This document shows positions 12,401-25,756 of a stretch of DNA of 64,000 nt, piece after piece; position 1 is the stretch's first letter; each line of letters starts with the position of its first letter. The DNA comes from Nemertoderma westbladi. Taxonomy: Eukaryota; Animalia; Xenacoelomorpha. The stretch covers positions 57,724 through 121,723 of the forward strand of contig JAUCBJ010007930.1 of assembly GCA_032718475.1 (NCBI GenBank), read 5' to 3'. The notes under the pieces were generated by a model, which worked only from the letters and a program-made list of their open reading frames with translations, had not been told where the DNA came from and searched no databases. A program made the translations under genes and the position numbers.

Positions 12401-15400
12401 GACTTCCACTAAAGGACGCCTCCTTGGCGGGAATCAAGACTTCCTCTAAAGGACGCCTTCTTGGTGGGAATCAAGACTTCCTCTAAAGGACGCGTTCTTG
12501 GTGGGAATCAAGACTTCCTCTAAAGGACGCCTTCTTGGTGGGAATCAAGACTTCCTCGAAAGGACGCCTTCTTGGTGGGAATCAAGACTTCCTCTAAAGG
12601 ACGCGTTCTTGGTGGGAATCAAGACTTCCTCTAAAGGACGCCTTCTTGGTGGGAATCAAGACTTCCTCTAAAGGACGCCTTCTTGGTGGGAATCAAGACT
12701 TCCTCTAAAGGACGCCTTCTTGGTGGGAATCAAGACTTCCTCTAAAGGACGCCTTCTTGGTGGGACTCAAGACTTCCTCTAAAGGACGCCTTCTTGGTGG
12801 GAATCAAGACTTCCTCTAAAGGACGCCTTCTTGGTGGGAATCAAGACTTCCTCTAAAGGACGCCTTCTTGGTGTGAATCAAGACTTCCTCTAAAGGACGC
12901 CTTCTTGGTGGGAATCAAGACTTCCTCTAAAGGACGCCTTCTTGGTGGGAATCAAGACTTCCTCTAAAGGACGCCTTCTTGGTGGGAATCAAGACTTCCT
13001 CTAAAGGACGCCTTCTTGGTGGGACTCAAGACTTCCTCTAAAGGACGCGTTCTTGGTGGGAATCAAGACTTCCTCTAAAGGACGCCTTCTTGGCGGGAAT
13101 CAAGACTTCCTCTAAAGGACGCCTTCTTGGTGGGAATCAAGACTTCCTCTAAAGGACGCCTTCTTGGTGGGAATCAAGACTTCCTCTAAAGGACGCCTTC
13201 TTGGTGGGAATCAAGACTTCCTCTAAAGGACGCCTCCTTGGTGGGAATCAAGACTTCCTCTAAAGGACGCCTTCTTGGTGGGAATCAAGACTTACTCTAA
13301 AGGACGCCTTCTTGGTGGGAATCAAGACTTCCTCTAAAGGACGCCTTCTTGGTGGGAATCAAGACTTCCTCTAAAGGATGCCTTCTTGGTGGGAATCAAG
13401 ACTTCCTCTAAAGGACGCCTTCTTGGTATGAATCAAGACTTCCTCTAAAGGACGCCGTCTTGGTGAGATTCAAGACTTCCTCTAAAGGACGCCTTCTTGG
13501 TGGGAATCCAGACTTCCTCTAAAGGACGCCTTCTTGGTGGGAATCAAGACTTCCTCTGAAGGATGCCTTCTTGGTGGGAATCAAGATTTCCTCTAAAGGA
13601 CACGTTCTTGGTGGGAATCAAGACTTCCTCTAAAGGACGCCTTCTTGGTGGGAATCAAGACTTCCTCTAAAGGACGCCTTCTTGGTGGGAATCAAGACTT
13701 CCTCTAAAGGACGCCTTCTTGGTGGGAATCCAGACTTCCTCTAAAGGACGCCTTCTTGGTGGGAATCCAGACTTCCTCTAAAGGACGCCTTCTTGGTGGG
13801 AATCAAGACTTCCTCTAAAGGACGCCTTCTTGGTGGGAATCAAGACTTCCTCTAAAGGACGCCTTCTTGGTGGGAATCAAGACTTCCTCTAAAGGACGCC
13901 TTCTTGGTGGGAATCAAGACTTCCTCTAAAGGACACCTTCTTGGTGGGACTCAAGACTTCCTCTAAAGGACGCCTTCTTGGTGGGAATCAAGACTTCCTC
14001 TAAAGGACGCCTTCTTGGTGGGAATCAAGACTTCCTCTAAAGGACGCCTTCTTGGTGTGAATCAAGACTTCCTCTAAAGGACGCCTTCTTGGTGGGAATC
14101 AAGACTTCCTCTAAAGGACGCCTTCTTGGTGGGAATCAAGACTTCCTCTAAAGGACGCCTTCTTGGTGGGAATCAAGACTTCCTCTAAAGGACGCCTTCT
14201 TGGTGGGAATCAAGACTTCCTCTAAAGGACGCCTTCTTGGTGGGAATCAAGACTTCCTCTAAAGGACGCCTTCTTGGTGGGAATCAAGACTTCCTCTAAA
14301 GGACGCCTTCTTGGTGGGACTCAAGACTTCCTCTAAAGGACGCGTTCTTGGTGGGAATCAAGACTTCCTCTAAAGGATGCCTTCTTGGTGGGAATCAAGA
14401 CTTCCTCTAAAGGACGCCTTCTTGGTGGGAATCAAGACTTCCTCTAAAGGACGCCTTCTTGGTGGGAATCAAGACTTCCTCTAAAGGACGCCTCCTTGGT
14501 GGGAATCAAGACTTCCTCTAAAGGACGCCTTCTTGGTGGGAATCAAGACTTACTCTAAAGGACGCCTTCTTGGTGGGAATCAAGACTTCCTCTAAATGAC
14601 GCCTTCTTGGTGGGAATCAAGACTTCCTCTAAAGGATGCCTTCTTGGTGGGAATCAAGACTTCCTCTAAAGGACGCCTTCTTGGTATGAATCAAGACTTC
14701 CTCTAAAGGACGCCGTCTTGGTGAGATTCAAGACTTCCTCTAAAGGACGCCTTCTTGGTGGGAATCCAGACTTCCTCTAAAGGACGCCTTCTTGGTGGGA
14801 ATCAAGACTTCCTCTGAAGGACGCCTTCTTGGTGGGAATCAAGATTTCCTCTAAAGGACGCGTTCTTGGTGGGAATCAAGACTTCCTCTAAAGGACGCCT
14901 TCTTGGTGGGAATCAAGACTTCCTCTAAAGGACGCCTTCTTGGTGGGAATCAAGACTTCCTCTAAAGGACACCTTCTTGGTGGGACTCAAGACTTCCTCT
15001 AAAGGACGCGTTCTTGGTGGGAATCAAGACTTCCTCTAAAGGATGCCTTCTTGGTGGGAATCAAGACTTCCTCTAAAGGACGCCTTCTTGGTGGGAATCA
15101 AGACTTCCTCTAAAGGACGCCTTCTTGGTGGGAATCAAGACTTCCTCTAAAGGACGCCTCCTTGGTGGGAATCAAGACTTCCTCTAAAGGACGCCTTCTT
15201 GGTGGGAATCAAGACTTACTCTAAAGGACGCCTTCTTGGTGGGAATCAAGACTTCCTCTAAATGACGCCTTCTTGGTGGGAATCAAGACTTCCTCTAAAG
15301 GATGCCTTCTTGGTGGGAATCAAGACTTCCTCTAAAGGACGCCTTCTTGGTATGAATCAAGACTTCCTCTAAAGGACGCCGTCTTGGTGAGATTCAAGAC

Positions 15401-18400
15401 TTCCTCTAAAGGACGCCTTCTTGGTGGGAATCCAGACTTCCTCTAAAGGACGCCTTCTTGGTGGGAATCAAGACTTCCTCTGAAGGACGCCTTCTTGGTG
15501 GGAATCAAGATTTCCTCTAAAGGACGCGTTCTTGGTGGGAATCAAGACTTCCTCTAAAGGACGCCTTCTTGGTGGGAATCAAGACTTCCTCTAAAGGACG
15601 CCTTCTTGGTGGGAATCAAGACTTCCTCTAAAGGACGCCTTCTTGGTGGGAATCCAGACTTCCTCTAAAGGACGCTTTCTTGGTGGGAATCCAGACTTCC
15701 TCTAAAGGACGCCTTCTTGGTGGGAATCAAGACTTCCACTAAAGGACACCTCCTTGGCGGGAATCAAGACTTCCTCTAAAGGACGCCTTCTTGGTGGGAA
15801 TCAAGACTTCCTCTAAAGGACACGTTCTTGGTGGGAATCAAGACTTCCTCTAAAGGACGCCTTCTTGGTGGGAATCAAGACTTCCTCTAAAGGACGCCTT
15901 CTTGGTGGGAATCAAGACTTCCTTTAAAGGACGCCTTCTTGGTGGGAATCAAGACTTCCTCTAAAGGACGCCTTCTTGGTGGGAATCAAGACTTCCACTA
16001 AAGGACGCCTCCTTGGCGGGAATCAAGACTTCCTCTAAAGGACGCCTTCTTGGTGGGAATCAAGACTTCCTCTAAAGGACGCGTTCTTGGTGGGAATCAA
16101 GACTTCCTCTAAAGGACGCCTTCTTGGTGGGAATCAAGACTTCCTCGAAAGGACGCCTTCTTGGTGGGAATCAAGACTTCCTCTAAAGGACGCGTTCTTG
16201 GTGGGAATCAAGACTTCCTCTAAAGGACGCCTTCTTGGTGGGAATCAAGACTTCCTCTAAAGGACGCCTTCTTGGTGGGAATCAAGACTTCCTCTAAAGG
16301 ACGCCTTCTTGGTGGGAATCAAGACTTCCTCTAAAGGACGCCTTCTTGGTGGGACTCAAGACTTCCTCTAAAGGACGCCTTCTTGGTGGGAATCAAGACT
16401 TCCTCTAAAGGACGCCTTCTTGGTGGGAATCAAGACTTCCTCTAAAGGACGCCTTCTTGGTGTGAATCAAGACTTCCTCTAAAGGACGCCTTCTTGGTGG
16501 GAATCAAGACTTCCTCTAAAGGACGCCTTCTTGGTGGGAATCAAGACTTCCTCTAAAGGACGCCTTCTTGGTGGGAATCAAGACTTCCTCTAAAGGACGC
16601 CTTCTTGGTGGGACTCAAGACTTCCTCTAAAGGACGCGTTCTTGGTGGGAATCAAGACTTCCTCTAAAGGACGCCTTCTTGGCGGGAATCAAGACTTCCT
16701 CTAAAGGACGCCTTCTTGGTGGGAATCAAGACTTCCTCTAAAGGACGCCTTCTTGGTGGGAATCAAGACTTCCTCTAAAGGACGCCTTCTTGGTGGGAAT
16801 CAAGACTTCCTCTAAAGGACGCCTCCTTGGTGGGAATCAAGACTTCCTCTAAAGGACGCCTTCTTGGTGGGAATCAAGACTTACTCTAAAGGACGCCTTC
16901 TTGGTGGGAATCAAGACTTCCTCTAAAGGACGCCTTCTTGGTGGGAATCAAGACTTCCTCTAAAGGATGCCTTCTTGGTGGGAATCAAGACTTCCTCTAA
17001 AGGACGCCTTCTTGGTATGAATCAAGACTTCCTCTAAAGGACGCCGTCTTGGTGAGATTCAAGACTTCCTCTAAAGGACGCCTTCTTGGTGGGAATCCAG
17101 ACTTCCTCTAAAGGACGCCTTCTTGGTGGGAATCAAGACTTCCTCTGAAGGATGCCTTCTTGGTGGGAATCAAGATTTCCTCTAAAGGACACGTTCTTGG
17201 TGGGAATCAAGACTTCCTCTAAAGGACGCCTTCTTGGTGGGAATCAAGACTTCCTCTAAAGGACGCCTTCTTGGTGGGAATCAAGACTTCCTCTAAAGGA
17301 CGCCTTCTTGGTGGGAATCCAGACTTCCTCTAAAGGACGCCTTCTTGGTGGGAATCCAGACTTCCTCTAAAGGACGCCTTCTTGGTGGGAATCAAGACTT
17401 CCTCTAAAGGACGCCTTCTTGGTGGGAATCAAGACTTCCTCTAAAGGACGCCTTCTTGGTGGGAATCAAGACTTCCCCTAAAGGACGCCTTATTGGTGGG
17501 AATCAAGACTTCCTCTAAAGGACGCCTTCTTGGTGGGAATCCAGACTTCCTCTAAAGGACGCCTTCTTGGTGGGAATCAAGACTTCCACTAAAGGACGCC
17601 TTCTTGGTGGGAATCAAGACTTCCTCTAAAGGACGCCTTCTTGGTGGGAATCAAGACTTCCTCTAAAGGACGCCTTCTTGGTGGGAATCAAGACTTCCTC
17701 TAAAGGACGCCTTCTTGGTGGGAATCCAGACTTCCTCTAAAGGACGCCTTCTTGGTGGGAATCCAGACTTCCTCTAAAGGACGCCTTCTTGGTGGGAATC
17801 AAGACTTCCTCTAAAGGACGCCTTCTTGGTGGGAATCCAGACTTCCTCTAAAGGACGCCTTCTTGGTGGGAATCCAGACTTCCTCTAAAGGACGCCTTCT
17901 TGGTGGGAATCCAGACTTCCTCTAAAGGACGCCTTCTTGGTGGGAATCAAGACTTCCTCTAAAGGACGCCTTCTTGGTGGGAATCAAGACTTCCTCTAAA
18001 GGACGCCTTCTTGGTGGGAATCCAGACTTCCTCTAAAGGACGCCTTCTTGGTGGGAATCAAGACTTCCTCTAAAGGACGCCTTCTTGGTGGGAATCCAGA
18101 CTTCCTCTAAAGGACGCCTTCTTGGTGGGAATCCAGACTTCCTCTAAAGGACGCCTTCTTGGTGGGAATCAAGACTTCCTCTAAAGGACGCCTTCTTGGT
18201 GGGAATCAAGACTTCCCCTAAAGGACGCCTTCTTGGTGGGAATCAAGACTTCCTCTAAAGGACGCCTTCTTGGTGGGAATCCAGACTTCCTCTAAAGGAC
18301 GCCTTCTTGGTGGGAATCCAGACTTCCTCTAAAGGACGCCTTCTTGGTGGGAATCAAGACTTCCTCTAAAGGACACCTTCTTGGTGGGAATCAAGACTTC

Positions 18401-18819
18401 CTCTAAAGGACGCCTTCTTGGTGGGAATCCAGACTTCCTCTAAAGGACGCCTTGTTGGTGGGAATCAAGACTTCCTCTAAAGGACGCCTGCTTGGTGGGA
18501 ATCAAGACTTCCTCTAAAGGACGCCTTCTTGGTGGGAATCAAGACTTCCTCTAAAGGACGCCTTCTTGGTGGGAATCCAGACTTCCTCTAAAGGACGCCT
18601 TCTTGGTGGGAATCAAGACTTCCTCTAAAGGACGCCTTCTTGGTGGGAATCAAGACTTCCTCTAAAGGACGCCTTCTTGGTGGGAATCAAGACTTCCTCT
18701 AAAGGACGCCTTCTTGGTGGGAATCCAGACTTCCTCTAAAGGACGCCTTCTTGGTGGGAATCCAGACTTCCTCTAAAGGACGCCTTCTTGGTGGGAATCC
18801 AGACTTCCTCTAAAGGACG
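9498..18819. repeat. 37-bp tandem satellite, ~252 copies
   Basis: Unit ggacgccttcttggtgggaatcaagacttcctctaaa repeated without spacers; only point variants. Confidence 0.99.
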
Positions 18820-19434
18820 GTTCCAGTTGTGGTCATTGGAGGTATAGCATATGAGTAAGGCCCTTTACCGGTGTCAGGCGAAAATGTACTGTACTGGTGC
18901 AACGGTAGGCCTACTCCTACAGTACATACCTTACTAGTCTCATTACCTGAATGTCGAAACAATATGTTAGGGTTAGCGACATATGGAATAGTCGGTGCAG
19001 GTATGAGTTGGCCTCAGCAACAACCATTGTTTTACCCTCGATACAATTGACTGTTACCACTAGCAACTCTACCAGGGTAGTAAAATGTTTTTAATGTTTA
19101 ACATTCAATTTTAAGAAAGAAAAATATTTATTTGTTTCATTAAATAAATTAATATTATAATAAATAATAAAATTAAAAAAAAAATTCACTTTGAACATTA
19201 CCCTCATGTGAAGAATTCAAGGTTTTAACAAATACCCAGGATATAGAAGGGTTGAATCTAACTAAAACAATAACTGAATTATAATATGTACAGGTTAGAA
19301 GAAAGAAATAAACGATATAAAAACAAAATAAGGAACAATTATTATTATAGTGGGCTTAATATTTAGAAATAACCTAACCATTAACTAAACTTAAGTTTTT
19401 ATGTACAAAGTTAAGTTCCCAAAAACGAAGCTAG

Positions 19435-20116
19435 TACAATTCCGACCCGGGCACTGACAATTCCGAACAGGAGAATTCCGACCCGGACAATTCCGACCCA
19501 TTCAAAGAGCGAATGAAATCTTCATGGGTCGGAATTGTCCGGGTCGGAATTTTCCTGATCCAAATAAAAAATAATAATTAATATAAATTAATTAATAGAA
19601 CTTATTATGTGTTATTCACAAATTATGTGTTCTAGTACACTAATATTTTTCTTAATCGATAGCCAATATGTTTTAGAACATTTTCAAAAAAAGTAGCAAA
19701 AACTAGGAGGTATTAACAATTTGATGGGGATGTGCCCAAAACACACTACCGAATACACTGAATATTCGAAAAAATACTATGCAACTATGAAATTACATAG
19801 CAAACGTGTCTAGAACGATGAATATCCATGGACCCAGCTATCTTATGTAGAATAATAAAACAATGTAGCGTAAAATAAAATTATTATTTATTATTATTAT
19901 TATTTTTAAATTATTTGGGTATGAATTGTCCTACGCTGGATCCGGACAAATCCCACCCATGAAAATTTCATTCGATCTCTGAGTGGGTCGGAATTGTCCG
20001 GGTGGCAATTAATTGGCCGGGTCGGAATTGTCCGGGTAGGAATTGTCCGTGTCGGAATTGTCCGGGTGGCAATTGTCAGGATCGGAATTGTCCGGGTCGG
20101 AATTGTCCGTACACCC
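19435..20116. mobile_element. Non-autonomous DNA transposon/MITE with inverted ends built of 15-bp subterminal repeats
   Basis: acaattccgacccgg repeats at left, ccgggtcggaattgt repeats at right; gagcgaatgaaatcttcatggg mirrored by cccatgaaaatttcattcgatc. Confidence 0.7.
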
Positions 20117-20918
20117 CCAAAAACAGAAGCAAAGTTCGCAAAAAGCAATAATAATGATTCTCAAAGTAATTAAAAATATACCATTCAATCTAATACTACA
20201 GTACTATTGTGAAACTTAATCCAATGTCTGACTGAGGTTTTACATTCTAATGAGATCGTGTAAACCTAAACAATCGTGTACTTGCTTTGCTACTCAAGAA
20301 ACCGTTGGGAATTTGACGGCATGGAAGTTAAATTCAGCAAACTGCGTGTTGTAATTCATCTACCAAAGGTCTAGCTATATTGCTGTACGGTAGTTATGAG
20401 TGAAATAAAAAATTGTTGTCAAAGGTTCGCAGTCATAGGAACAAAGTTCGCAATCGACTTGAGAGCGAGGCAGAGGCATACTAATTAATTTTCATAGGAA
20501 CAAAGTTCGCTGAGAATTGGAACACAATTCGCATTTCGACATTTTAGGAACAAAGTTTGCGCTCCGAATATATCATCTGACGGAGTAACTATACTATTCA
20601 TTTCTACCAGCCGACAAACATCACACTGCGTAGCGTACTGAGCTGTGGCTGACGTAAGTAAGCGATCGTTAAAGAGAAACGCAATAACACAAAACCCCAA
20701 TCATCAGCTTGGCTGTTACCTTATGGCAGAGAGGCCGCCACTTCCAACATAATATACACGGTTCCCATTACAGCTGGGTGGTGTAAAGCCAGTTTACCTA
20801 TTTACCGCGAGTAACAGCGTAGTATTTACAACTCGAAATCGCGACCTTCCGGTTGTAAGATCGTCGTTCTAACCACCTGCACAAACTGAACATCTTGAAT
20901 TACAATAACTAAACTCAC

Positions 20919-23900
20919 CTTTATAGAAACATTGTTTAAATTCGGCGCACGGAAATAGTTTGTGTAGAAACTTAATCGGCTTCCGAGAACTTCCTCCCTC
21001 CACATTCTCGTTCCAAAGTTCTAGAATATCGTCACTGGGACGACGGCTAACGGTGACACCAGCAAGACGATCTCCTCTCGCCATATTACACGCGAACTGT
21101 TCGCCAATAACGGCCAGCAATAGATCCCGCCATACATGGTCCTAAATGTAAATAACCTCAATAACAGATCCCGCCATACACGGTCCTAAATGTAAATAAC
21201 ATCAATAACAGATCCCGTCATACACGGTCCTAAATGTAAATAACCTCAATAACAGATCCCGTCATACACGGTACTAAATGTAAATAACCTCAATAACAGA
21301 TCCCGCCATACACGGTCCTAAATGTAAATAACCTCAATAACAGATCCCGTCATACACGGTACTAAATGTAAATAACCTCAATAACAGATCCCGTCATACA
21401 CGGTCCTAAATGTAAATAACCTCAATAACAGATCCCGTCATACACGGTACTAAATGTAAATAACCTCAATAACAGATCCCGTCATACACGGTCCTAAATG
21501 TAAATAACCTCAATAACAGATCCCGTCATACACGGTACTAAATGTAAATAACCTCAATAACAGATCCCGTCATACACGGTCCTAAATGTAAATAACCTCA
21601 ATAACAGATCCCGTCATACACGGTACTAAATGTAAATAACCTCAATAACAGATCCCGTCATACACGGTCCTAAATGTAAATAACCTCAATAACAGATCCC
21701 GTCATACACGGTCCTAAATGTAAATAACCTCAATAACAGATCCCGTCATACACGGTACTAAATGTAAATAACCTCAATAACAGATCCCGTCATACACGGT
21801 CCTAAATGTAAATAACCTCAATAACAGATCCCGTCATACACGGTACTAAATGTAAATAACCTCAATAACAGATCCCGTCATACACGGTCCTAAATGTAAA
21901 TAACCTCAATAACAGATCCCGCCATACACGGTACTAAATGTAAATAACCGCAATAGCAGATCCCACCATACATGGTCCTAAATGTAAATAACCTCAATAA
22001 CAGATCCCGCCATACACGGTCCTAAATGTAAATAACCTCAATAACAGATCCCGTCATACACGGTACTAAATGTAAATAACCTCAATTAGGGATGTCCCGG
22101 AATCGATATTTTGATTCCGGCCGGAACCGGAATTCAACATGCCGGAATATTCCGGCCGGAATTCCGGCCGGAACCGGAATTTTCTATAATTAGTGAAATA
22201 CACTAAATGACCCATAAAATTTTATAATTTTTTGTGAAACAAATGAATTTTTTTAATTTGTAAAGCTAAGTTTGATAATGTGATGAACCAGAACCTTGGT
22301 GGAATTAAAGTGGGTGGAGTGGAGAATGACCTCGACAGTGACATGTTATTCGAACCAAAACAATAAACGAGGCCAATAAATAGTACATGTTACAGTTTAA
22401 TTATTGCTGGGAATAAATAGATTTACGGTGAGAAATGGCTTTGCTGTAAAAAGAATTAAAACTACTATATTATGCAGTACCTACGACGCAGGACTGAACT
22501 AACGACAACTCGCACGACCTGTACGTATTGTAATAACGTTTTATATTAGATTTAGGTTAGAGTAGAAATTGTAATTGTGTAATACTGTATTTGTATCCAA
22601 GTAACATACCCTAAAGGACCCCCATGGAATTAAGCTGCAAATCTTTAGGGGTCATCCTATATGTTGCGTCGGACAATACCAATCATAATATTATCTATCA
22701 TATTATTTAATAATTAATTCAAAGTAAAATAATATAAAAAATCAATGTAAAATATTGTAAGATCAATCTAAAAAACGTCATTTTATAAGCAAATTGGAAA
22801 AACCACTCGTTAAGGCCCGTCCGTGCTCCACTGGTAAGTCTTATATTATATAGGCCTAGTCTTAGTCAGAATAAATTATGGAACACGTTGGTTTTAATGG
22901 GAGCGTCTCCACTGGTAAATCGTATCGTAAGTTACGACCTATGAGTCGAAAGTGATTATGTCCCATGTTACATCTTTTACCACATGACTCATGTGTTATA
23001 TCCGGTAAGAGACCTGTGATTGGTTACTTTGGGTATAAATATGCAGTAAATGTGAGACGTATCTTATATTTTTTATCAAATGACTTATGACTTGTGTTAC
23101 CAATGGAGCAAGGAGGCATTCATTTTGACATTCTGACCAGTGGGGCACGAGCCTATTGATGCGTTTCATTAGTTAATGTAAATTACGATGGTTATTGTGG
23201 ATTGTATATGAATACTACTGAAGTGGTGTAACATATGGTGGGACCATTTTAGTTTGATTACCAGGTGAATTATTTTTGGAAATGTGTTACATATACCCAT
23301 CAAGACTGCATTCACTTTAATAAACTAAACAGGGTGGCTGAGAATTTTCCCTCGTTAGATAGGTTAGTTAGGTTCCACCTTGGTGCATGGTAATAGTGGT
23401 TGCATTGAATTCCAATCTATCTGGAGGTCGTGGGTTCGATCCCAGCATGTTGGCCAAGGCAGTTTTCGATTTAGCACGAATGGTTTGAAGCTTGAAGGAG
23501 CTACCCATGGGGCATCTATGCCTTGCATCCTTAAATGTTAGCTCTAACGGTCGAAGAAAACTTCATTTCTATACTGAAAAGTATTTGAAAAGTATTTTAA
23601 TCTAATTGGTAATAATGTTTAAAAAATATATAAATGTTGATAATAATTTAACAAACTAATTGCAACTATCAAACTAGTTAGGAACCTGGTAATTCCGGTA
23701 AAATTCCGGCCGGAATTGACCCCATTCCGGCAATTCCGGCCGGAACCGGAATCGGGCAAAAACCGCCGGAATTCCGGCCGGAACGGAATTCCGGGACATC
23801 CCTAACCTCAATAACAGATCCCGTCATACACGGTCCTAAATGTAAATAACCTCAATAACAGATCCCGCCATACACGGTACTAAATGTAAATAACCTCAAT

Positions 23901-25756
23901 AACAGATCCCGCCATACACGGTCCTAAATGTAAATAACCTCAATAACAGATCCCGTCATACACGGTACTAAATGTAAATAACCTCAATAACAGATCCCGT
24001 CATACACGGTACTAAATGTAAATAACCTCAATAACAGATCCCGTCATACACGGTACTAAATGTAAATAACCGCAATAGCAGATCCCACCATACATGGTCC
24101 TAAATGTAAATAACTCCCGCCACTTCTATCCCCTCCCACTAACCGTCTGCTCGTTATTAACTTTCATCTTCCAGTATCCACCATCCCTGTTCTCAACCTC
24201 TTCCCAAAGTGGTCTTCTCTCTCCGCGCATTAAATGGTAACTGTGTCTCAAACTCAATGTCGATACGGGGGGAATGTTGTTAAAAACTCGCCAAAAACTC
24301 TGCAAAATTTAATAGGGAAACAATCATAGTTACTATACAAACATACGCGTAAGTAATAAGTAAATAGTACCAACTAACCAAATATATTATTATTAGTGTG
24401 TTATTAATATGTCAATTTATCATTATATCTTACTAATATCTCAAAAGTGAGAAATGAAGTTATTGCTTTAGAATGAATTGAGTGTACCTATCAGAATATG
24501 AGGCATTCGCGGACAGGGTTTCTGGGGATGAATGTTAAGTTTAACCTACTATACCGGTACCCCAAACTGTAAATAAAAAACATTTAGGAGGATCGGAATG
24601 TGTTGGATTCTATTTACCTGAACTGTAGAAACCGTGTAAACTTTCCGAAGATTCGCGGTATATTCCGCAGCTGTTGTTCCACGAACGGTTCTGTAATGAA
24701 TTATTATAATGTATTATTAGACAAGGATTAGTTAGGGTTTCTTTATGGTTAATACAAGGGCGGTTAATGCACATCCACCCCACCCACAAACTATCCATCT
24801 GTTGATCGGATTGGTTGATGATGAATCATCGATAGGTTACGTGCGTAATGACAGGTGTGCCGAGCACATCAGTTTGAATTGAAGGAAGAAGTTTACGAAA
24901 GTTGTAGGTTACACTAAACCAACTTAAAAATTAAATTTTAAATTATGTATTGGGAAACAAATGCTGAACACATTTTTCGAAGTTCCATTTATCCATACAG
25001 CCACAGCCATAGCCCATCCACAAACAAGAATGCATAATGGAAGATCGGAGAACACTGTGATAATACTGTACCGGCAATATATTGTCAACATTATAGTTTT
25101 AATTAGGATTGAGACACGATTAACGAAAATAATAGTCAAACAAAAAATATAATTATTTGATAAAACAGTCGAAAAGATGAAATAAGAACCAGTATTCTGA
25201 GTTTTGATCGGACTGTGGACTGACTACCAACAGAAGGCCTATAGCATATTTTGTGTGGCTAGGAATTGGTAGGCCTATTCCTGTATCAGTGTATTCTAGT
25301 TCAGTAGTTCACTATTAATATGTATTGTATCATGAACGGCAGAGCAGAACGGTGGCATAAAACAGTACCAGAGAACCGGTAACATGATATGACGTGATAT
25401 ATGCAGATATGATATTATAGCATTATCTGCTACCACTGTCACTGTAGGCCTACTGTACTACCGTACCAGACCACAATGCACAGATAGACAGACAGTATTC
25501 ACTATCAGACTATTATTATATCATACAGCCCAGCCTACCTATCGAACCAAAATGTCCACGGGGTGTTGAGAGGTACGCTTTCCTCAGAAACATCTTCATG
25601 TAAAGTCAAAATATTTGGAAATTCGTAATCAACTTCACTACCGGTAGCTCCGCTGGAATCATGGTGTTCAACTGGACTCGCTCCACTGGAGTCGTGAGGT
25701 TCGGATGTCTGGGGAGAATTGGCTTGGTTGTTTGACCAGACAGGATGACCAGACAT
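20919..25756 (-). CDS. EIF4E3: Class III translation initiation factor eIF4E3; exons 25756-25539, 24690-24618, 24299-24144, 21141-20919; terminal exon not identified
   Basis: Spliced translation [13 protein letters not shown]|[24 protein letters not shown]|[11 protein letters not shown]...[15 protein letters not shown]...GGYWKMKV...|[16 protein letters not shown]...FYK; GT-AG introns with consistent phases; Tyr at the Trp56-equivalent position as in class III. Confidence 0.92.
22814..23153. mobile_element. Possible PIF/Harbinger-like MITE nested in the hAT element
   Basis: ggcccgtccgtgctccactggt ... accagtggggcacgagcc imperfect TIRs; taa/tat flanks. Confidence 0.45.
23372..23575 (+). mobile_element. 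tRNA-derived SINE nested in the hAT element
   Basis: A-box-like tggtgcatgg (23381) and B-box ggttcgatccc (~23433) followed by a non-tRNA body. Confidence 0.55.

Larger units (their letters stand above)
22087..23804. mobile_element. Non-autonomous hAT DNA transposon
   Basis: 17-bp TIR tagggatgtcccggaat/attccgggacatcccta; exact 8-bp TSD acctcaat (22079-22086, 23805-23812); ttccggccggaa subterminal repeats. Confidence 0.92.
21121..24113. repeat. 44-bp minisatellite (~28 copies) derived from the eIF4E3 intron 3/exon 4 junction, split by a hAT insertion
   Basis: Minus-strand unit gttatttacatttAG|GACCGTGTATGACGGGATCTGTTATTGAG versus true junction ...catttag|GACCATGTATGGCGGGATCTATTGCTG. Confidence 0.95.

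Noticed and set aside
9498-18819. CRISPR array (37-bp hairpin-forming repeat)
   Set aside because: Units are contiguous with no spacers, there are no cas genes, and the context is eukaryotic
20485-20918. Terminal exon of eIF4E3
   Set aside because: Several acceptors are possible (e.g. a 42-nt intron giving FYKGG-stop), but none encodes the expected PHxxH-like tail, so none was called
23372-23460. Functional tRNA gene
   Set aside because: A/B boxes present but no cloverleaf; SINE head more likely (same for ~7600 and ~37972)
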